A stretch of DNA of 32,000 bases, taken from contig SUPR01000005.1 in the NCBI GenBank assembly GCA_005191425.1, positions 30,001-62,000 on the forward strand, given 5' to 3'. Each line of letters starts with the position of its first letter. Within the stretch, counting starts at the first letter, position 1. Of this stretch, positions 26,876 to 32,000 are shown piece by piece. The notes under the pieces were generated by a model that worked only from the letters and a program-made list of their open reading frames with translations, searched no databases and was not told where the DNA came from. This stretch comes from Candidatus Helarchaeota ASGARD archaeon Hel_GB_B. GTDB taxonomy: Archaea; Asgardarchaeota; Lokiarchaeia; Helarchaeales; HEL-GB-B. The position numbers were made by a program, and so were the translations under genes.

Positions 26876-27862
26876 TCAATCAGCTACTTCTACTTTCTGA
26901 CACACCAGTTCAGCTGCCTTTACATCAAAATAAAATCGAAGTTGTTTATTGATATGACCAATACAAAATGCAATAAGTTCGGGTCTATTACATGTAAACC
27001 TAACTTCTTGTCCATCTTCTGTTCTGAAAGTAATATCATTTTTTAATATTTTTTTAATCCAGCCTTCTACGGTGATAGATTTTCCTTCGATCTCTTTTTT
27101 TTCGATTTCCTTTTTCTTAATTTTTTTCTCATCTTTTTTTAATTCAGGTGATTGAGAAATTGTCCTATCTTCTTTAATTAATTCTAAAACTTCTGATAAA
27201 TCTATGTATGTCTTTCCTTTATTACTTGGTTTGCGTGTTTCTTCCTGCTCTACCGTTTCACTGGTCAAGGTCTTGGGAATTTTTTCCATTAATTGGTTAA
27301 AATCATCAATTCGGTCAAGTTGAGTACTTATAATTGTCTTTATTTCATTTGGTACCTTCCAAATAATCTGATTACCAATAATCTCTGAAGTAATTAATTG
27401 ATAATTGTTTTGTAATTCCCCTAATAATTGTGTATAATCAATATTTGAGATTGAAACTTGTGAACAATATTTTTTTAATGTATCAAGGTCAATCTTATCT
27501 ACTGAAGTTAATATTTTTAAAATAGTCCATGCATCTTCTTTATATATGCGTAAAACTCTGTCTAAATCAGCTAAAACTCGATCAGAAGAATCTTGCTGTA
27601 TGTAGAGATGATTATTCTTAAATGTATAATATTGTCCTTTAAACGGGAAAACAACAGGTAATCCATTTAAAATCTTTGAAAGTTCACTATCAGTTAATAA
27701 ATATGCCGCTTCTTGGAATGTATTGACTTTTTTCAAGTCATTTTCTTCCATTCTTTGGTTCATAAATTTTATAGATGCATCTTCACCAAGGCTATCATAG
27801 TAAAAACAATGTTTTAGTAGAAGAATCCTTTCATGAATCCGTTCATCATCATTCAATGCCAT
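26876..27862 (-). CDS. Hypothetical protein; central wHTH-like region and C-terminal OB-like beta domain
   Basis: 328-aa ORF with a helical core, a charged linker and a terminal beta domain (ITVEGWIKKILKNDITFRTEDGQEVRF). No family recognised. Confidence 0.6.
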   Translation of the reverse strand: MALNDDERIHERILLLKHCFYYDSLGEDASIKFMNQRMEENDLKKVNTFQEAAYLLTDSELSKILNGLPVVFPFKGQYYTFKNNHLYIQQDSSDRVLADLDRVLRIYKEDAWTILKILTSVDKIDLDTLKKYCSQVSISNIDYTQLLGELQNNYQLITSEIIGNQIIWKVPNEIKTIISTQLDRIDDFNQLMEKIPKTLTSETVEQEETRKPSNKGKTYIDLSEVLELIKEDRTISQSPELKKDEKKIKKKEIEKKEIEGKSITVEGWIKKILKNDITFRTEDGQEVRFTCNRPELIAFCIGHINKQLRFYFDVKAAELVCQKVEVAD

Positions 27863-27939
27863 AAAATGGTCACACTAAAATACTATTATATCAGTTCTAT
27901 TAAAATTATTTTACAGAAAAACTTTTTGTTTTTTAAAGA

Positions 27940-30033
27940 TTATTGTATTTCTTTTATTCTTTTTTTACGATAATCATCTAGTATATTTGATAATTCTTTT
28001 TCTTTTTCTTGTAATAATAAATTTTCCCGTTTTTTTATCCATTTTTTATAGACTAAATCAAATTTTTTTCTATTTATAAGAATATAATCATTAATTCTAT
28101 ATATATCAAATTCAGAAGAGGGAATTGCAATAACGTTATGTTTAATAAAAGCCTGTTCTGCTCCATGTGTCATATTACTTATTTTTGAATTATAAATTAT
28201 ACACTTTACGCCCCGTTCTATTAATGTAAGAGCAGTATTAGAGCCTCCGCCACTTATATTATCTATATAAATTATCTCATTTATGATTTTAGTATTTAAA
28301 ATTGTATCTGTAGAAAAGTTTGGGATAATTTGAATATTATAAAATTTATCCATTAGATTCAATTCTTCTAAAAATGTAGAATGCTTGTCTCTATATGTAA
28401 TTTCATTTTGTAATTCTTTAATTTTATATTCTTGTTTATGAATCTGCTTTTTCAAACTAGAAATTTCGTTAAGGAGCGAATTAATATATCGTTCTTTACG
28501 AAATTCTTTATATTGTTCACTTTTCAGAATATCTATAGTGTGTTTGAGTTGGTCTATTTCCACATTTTTTTCTTTTAATGATTTAATTTCAGATTTATAT
28601 CTATGTATTTTATTTAATAAAATTGTATTCTGGTTATAAAGCCGTTTAATTCTATTTTCTAAAACATAATATTGTTTATTATATTTTTCAATTTTAGTAA
28701 TAACTGATTCAGAGGAATCATTCTGTTTAGATGATTCATTATTCAGGGAAGGTGAAGCCAGAGAAATAGCATCAAAAATTGAATAACCTTTTATAATATA
28801 TTTTTTTACTTCATCAGCATTAACTTTATTTTGAAGGTTCATTTCGTGTATTCTCAAGTCCACCTTTTTAAACCGTTTCTCAAAAAATTGGTATGCTTTT
28901 ATGGCGGATACTAACGCGTCTCTTTCATGGGCATTTTCTATTTTTATGTTAGAATTATGTGATTTAAGGAATGTATTTACCAATTCATGTTTCTCAGGGA
29001 TTTTTAATACTTTTTTAGGATGATATATAAGAGCTTGAGACAAATTTGCAAATTTTTCAACAAAACGTGGTATTTTTATAATATCTGTACCAACAACGGA
29101 TGGAATTCCATAATTATTAAATATTAACTTTCTTAAGTCATTTCTACTCATTTGTTTTTTACTAAAAATATCAAGAATATTTCCTTTTAGGTCTAATATT
29201 GCCACACCAATCGTTATGCCTGGATCCAGACCTATTATTAAACTTTTTGACTTCGTAAGTGGAGCACTAGCCCCAGATAATGGTATAAATTCTACTTGGT
29301 TCTTTTTAATAGGGCTTATTTTTATTTTTATTTTTGGAGTAAAAACCGGTCTAATTAATGTATAAATGGACTGATAGTCCGAATATACAAGAAAATGACT
29401 ATAATCTAGTCCATATTCATTTTTTCTAAAAGATAAATCATAATCTATTTTATTTTTTTCTAATAAACTTTGAATCTCTCTAGAAATATTTAAAATTCTA
29501 CCAGTTAGATCTCTTTTATATCTATTTGCACTTTGTCCTCCTCTTCCTGGAATTTTTGCTGTTGAGACAGTAATCTTAGTTTCATCTTTATAGAGATTAA
29601 TTAGATAACCTATTTTTTTCCTTACTAATTCTATACATACTTTAGCAGATTCTAGTGGATTTGTATAGTCCGTTTTTATATTATTTTGTTGTGCAATAAT
29701 CTTCAAAGGCTTTAAAGTATTTGGAATAGCAGGATTACCGGTTACTTGGACTATTTTTATTCCAATAGGTAAATCCTTTATAATATGATATAATTCGCTA
29801 TTATTTTTTACTAATTCAAAAATGTTATCGATAGCTAAATAATTTACATTATATTTATTTAAATACTCAAATAATTTCTTTTTTCTAACATTTTTTTTCT
29901 CAAAAATTGATAAATCTTCTTGAAATATTGCAAGGGAATAAGTGGGTGGTGATTTACTTAGCGGTGAATTCATTGGCTCTATATCAATTCCCGCATAAAT
30001 ATTCAATTTTTTTGATGATGATATATTAACCAC
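27940..30033 (-). CDS. DUF460 (COG2433)-like RNase H-fold protein with coiled coil
   Basis: N-terminal YAGIDI, LAIDNIFEL and LVQVTG-like VQVTG; GRGGQSANRY; central IIGLDPGITIGVAILDLKG; HERDAL; and a C-terminal coiled coil. GTG start. Confidence 0.85.
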   Translation of the reverse strand: MVNISSSKKLNIYAGIDIEPMNSPLSKSPPTYSLAIFQEDLSIFEKKNVRKKKLFEYLNKYNVNYLAIDNIFELVKNNSELYHIIKDLPIGIKIVQVTGNPAIPNTLKPLKIIAQQNNIKTDYTNPLESAKVCIELVRKKIGYLINLYKDETKITVSTAKIPGRGGQSANRYKRDLTGRILNISREIQSLLEKNKIDYDLSFRKNEYGLDYSHFLVYSDYQSIYTLIRPVFTPKIKIKISPIKKNQVEFIPLSGASAPLTKSKSLIIGLDPGITIGVAILDLKGNILDIFSKKQMSRNDLRKLIFNNYGIPSVVGTDIIKIPRFVEKFANLSQALIYHPKKVLKIPEKHELVNTFLKSHNSNIKIENAHERDALVSAIKAYQFFEKRFKKVDLRIHEMNLQNKVNADEVKKYIIKGYSIFDAISLASPSLNNESSKQNDSSESVITKIEKYNKQYYVLENRIKRLYNQNTILLNKIHRYKSEIKSLKEKNVEIDQLKHTIDILKSEQYKEFRKERYINSLLNEISSLKKQIHKQEYKIKELQNEITYRDKHSTFLEELNLMDKFYNIQIIPNFSTDTILNTKIINEIIYIDNISGGGSNTALTLIERGVKCIIYNSKISNMTHGAEQAFIKHNVIAIPSSEFDIYRINDYILINRKKFDLVYKKWIKKRENLLLQEKEKELSNILDDYRKKRIKEIQ

Positions 30034-30054
30034 CCAAATAGATGTAATATATTC

Positions 30055-30933
30055 TTATATTTCAAATTTATCAAAAATTTCTTTTTTATCAATAATAATA
30101 TTAAATTTTCTTCTAAAAAAATTTAGAATATTAAATATGTCTCTTTTTAAATAAAATAAATACTGTGGATGATCGGCAGAAATCCACTGTGGAAAATCGA
30201 AAATTAATAGTTTTTGTTCGTTTAATATCATTATATTAAATTCACTTAAATCCGAATGAATAATATTAAAATTTTTAAATGCTAAATAAATAAAGTCTAG
30301 AATTTTATTTAAAACTTTATTCGGTGTTTTTAAATAATTAATATTTGCTAATAATTTTCCGTTCATAAAACTCATTACAATAATATGTCTATTGTGAAAA
30401 ATTGGTCTTGGGACTGGAAGGCCTCCTTTATGCAAAATTTTCAATGCCTCAAACTCTTTACTTGCAGATAAACGAGATATATATAACCAACTTATATGTC
30501 TTCTGTCTTCAATATAATTTCTATAACGTCTGACATTATGAAAACTTGTTTTTCCAATTCTGTGTATTTTTACAGCTGCGCGTTCTTTACTATTTGACAA
30601 TAAAACATCATAAACATCTGCTTCTTTTCCAACACCCAATTTATTTCCAAATGCTTCTATTATATCTGCTTTTATAAGTGCATTTAAAGCCAGACAATCG
30701 TATCCGTCCATTTTTAATTTATAACCGATAAATTTGTTTTTTTGCATTTCGATAAGTTTATAATTCAACAGTCTATTGAGATAAAAATTAACGTCTTCTT
30801 TTGTATAACCAGAATAAGTAAAAATTGCAGATAAAGGCACATATTGATATTTTTTCATGCCACGTTCAATTGAATTTAAAATATGATAATCTCCGTTTCT
30901 CAATTGTTTTATAGTCTCCAGAACCTTAATCAA
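30055..30933 (-). CDS. rio2: Rio2 atypical Ser/Thr protein kinase
   Basis: N-terminal wHTH, GYDCLAL, GVGKEADVY, KIHRIGKTSF, IHSDLSEFNI and IFDFPQ. Confidence 0.93.
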   Translation of the reverse strand: MIKVLETIKQLRNGDYHILNSIERGMKKYQYVPLSAIFTYSGYTKEDVNFYLNRLLNYKLIEMQKNKFIGYKLKMDGYDCLALNALIKADIIEAFGNKLGVGKEADVYDVLLSNSKERAAVKIHRIGKTSFHNVRRYRNYIEDRRHISWLYISRLSASKEFEALKILHKGGLPVPRPIFHNRHIIVMSFMNGKLLANINYLKTPNKVLNKILDFIYLAFKNFNIIHSDLSEFNIMILNEQKLLIFDFPQWISADHPQYLFYLKRDIFNILNFFRRKFNIIIDKKEIFDKFEI

Positions 30934-31037
30934 GATCTCACCATTGTTTTCATCTTAACTTCTTAGATTAATATAGATAAAAATTAAAAATTAAGAAGCC
31001 ATTTTCACATATTAATAGGTGCGAGAAAATAAAATTG

Positions 31038-32000
31038 TTATGAATGTGTTTTTTCCCATAATCTAGCAGCTTCTTCCAAATTTAAAAATGAATCACCAGT
31101 ATTAGAGTATTTTTCTCGAATTTTTACGAGAACCGGGAAATTCACTGCGTTACCAACGATTAATGCTTCGCCTACAGGTAAATTTGAAATAAGTCCTAAT
31201 GTTTCGCTTGATATTTGTTCCGATGACTTTTTTATATGGTCTAAATCAGACGGATTAGTGATCCGCATTATTATATGTGTGCCACATTGACTTAAAGCTG
31301 TAGTAGATAGTCTAACAGGACGTTGGCTAATTAAACATAAAGAAGCGCCAAATTTACGACCTTCTCTCGCATATGTCTCAATTATTTGCTTGGAAATGGC
31401 TTTTCCTTCGGGGCAAAACTGGTGAGCTTCCTCTAGAATTAATAGAAAAGGGCATATTTTTTTCTCTTTCCTCAAATTAAAGAGTCGTTCAGCAAAATAA
31501 GAAATTAGGATTTGTTTATGTTTGATACTAATAGTTTCTGATAGATCAAGAATTAAAGCCTTACCTATTTCAATATGGTCCAATAACTTAGGATTTTCTT
31601 CGTCTGAAAATATGTGCATATGTTCTAATGGGTCTAACCATCCCAATAGTGCTTCCTTACTTTTTATATTCATTTTTGGGTCGTCATTTATTTCTGAAAT
31701 TAAGTCATTAAGAGAATAAGGACAATTTGGGTGTGATCGCCGATAATTATTTATGATTCTATTTAATTCTCGTATTTGGGCTGAAGATATATTCGATTGG
31801 AAGTTTGCAAAATGATATCCTGAAAGATATGTTGTATTAATCGTCATAAATGGACTTTTTATTATTTTTACTTGATTTGATAAATCTTTAATTTTTTTAT
31901 TATTATTATTTGGTTTTTTTCCTAAAGAAACATATTCACCATGGACATCTACTACTATAATCGAAATCCTTCCGTCTTCAATTTTTCGGTTTAATAATTC
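31038..32000 (-). CDS. herA: HerA-like helicase/ATPase (DUF87 family), C-terminal part; 5' end outside the window
   Basis: The frame is open to 32000 (…ISIIVVDVHGEY…). Motifs LEEAHQFCPE, REGRKFG, ISQRP, and ISNLPVGEALIVG. Confidence 0.85.
   Translation of the reverse strand, partial: ELLNRKIEDGRISIIVVDVHGEYVSLGKKPNNNNKKIKDLSNQVKIIKSPFMTINTTYLSGYHFANFQSNISSAQIRELNRIINNYRRSHPNCPYSLNDLISEINDDPKMNIKSKEALLGWLDPLEHMHIFSDEENPKLLDHIEIGKALILDLSETISIKHKQILISYFAERLFNLRKEKKICPFLLILEEAHQFCPEGKAISKQIIETYAREGRKFGASLCLISQRPVRLSTTALSQCGTHIIMRITNPSDLDHIKKSSEQISSETLGLISNLPVGEALIVGNAVNFPVLVKIREKYSNTGDSFLNLEEAARLWEKTHS

Noticed and set aside
9242-26878. Genome-wide stop-codon reassignment (TAG or TGA as sense) to explain the in-frame stops
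   Set aside because: TAG ends ftsY (9242-9244) and ferritin gene 1 (13373-13375) at normal C-termini. TGA ends the Sm-like gene and the 26876 gene. TGG is used for Trp throughout. One interruption is TAA. Only site-specific recoding or nonsense/error remains plausible.
248-31719. Antisense or overlapping ORFs in the track (e.g. 248-550, 2413-2610, 6572-6829, 7106-7360, 8469-8693, 9459-9650, 11990-12184, 14274-14495, 15549-15761, 17243-17512, 18620-18802, 19475-19702, 20564-21064, 22859-23050, 23159-23344, 23351-23680, 23795-24166, 24703-24891, 25046-25237, 26598-26863, 31522-31719)
   Set aside because: Almost all lie opposite or inside well-supported genes; 14274-14495 is mostly in AT-rich intergenic DNA. 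They have F/S/I/L-rich shadow composition and no motifs.
1-32000. CRISPR arrays, tRNA/rRNA genes, IS elements, integrases or inteins
   Set aside because: No regularly spaced repeats, GC-rich structured RNA blocks, transposase/integrase motifs or intein signatures were seen by eye. Short ncRNAs could be missed without a covariance-model search.

Overview
Very AT-rich archaeal chromosomal window, most consistent with an Asgard archaeon (Lokiarchaeia/Helarchaeales-like). This is inferred from three longin-like-domain proteins, a gelsolin(ProGel)-like domain and a Loki-type histone alongside standard archaeal housekeeping genes. Recognisable genes: dapF (partial), a SAM methyltransferase, dtdA-ftsY-pfdA-rplX, a tandem double-SIS PHI-like protein, two ferritin-like genes with a small CxxC/CPxC protein, RPA, glyS, a degenerate HerA-like ATPase, a wHTH regulator, leuD-leuC, histone, ogg, DUF2240-like, DUF460-like, Rio2 kinase and HerA (partial). 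Several genes missing or incomplete in the ORF track were read by hand: partial dapF, an Sm-like 59-aa protein, a 51-aa Zn-ribbon/rubredoxin-like protein, and a HesB-like gene with TGA at the selenocysteine position. Most notable are a long coiled coil fused to a ProGel-like putative actin-binding domain, the hidden HesB-like selenoprotein gene with a 3' hairpin, and three genes with in-frame stops. No rRNA, tRNA, CRISPR array or mobile element was seen. All family assignments come from motif recognition and memory; no database search was run.
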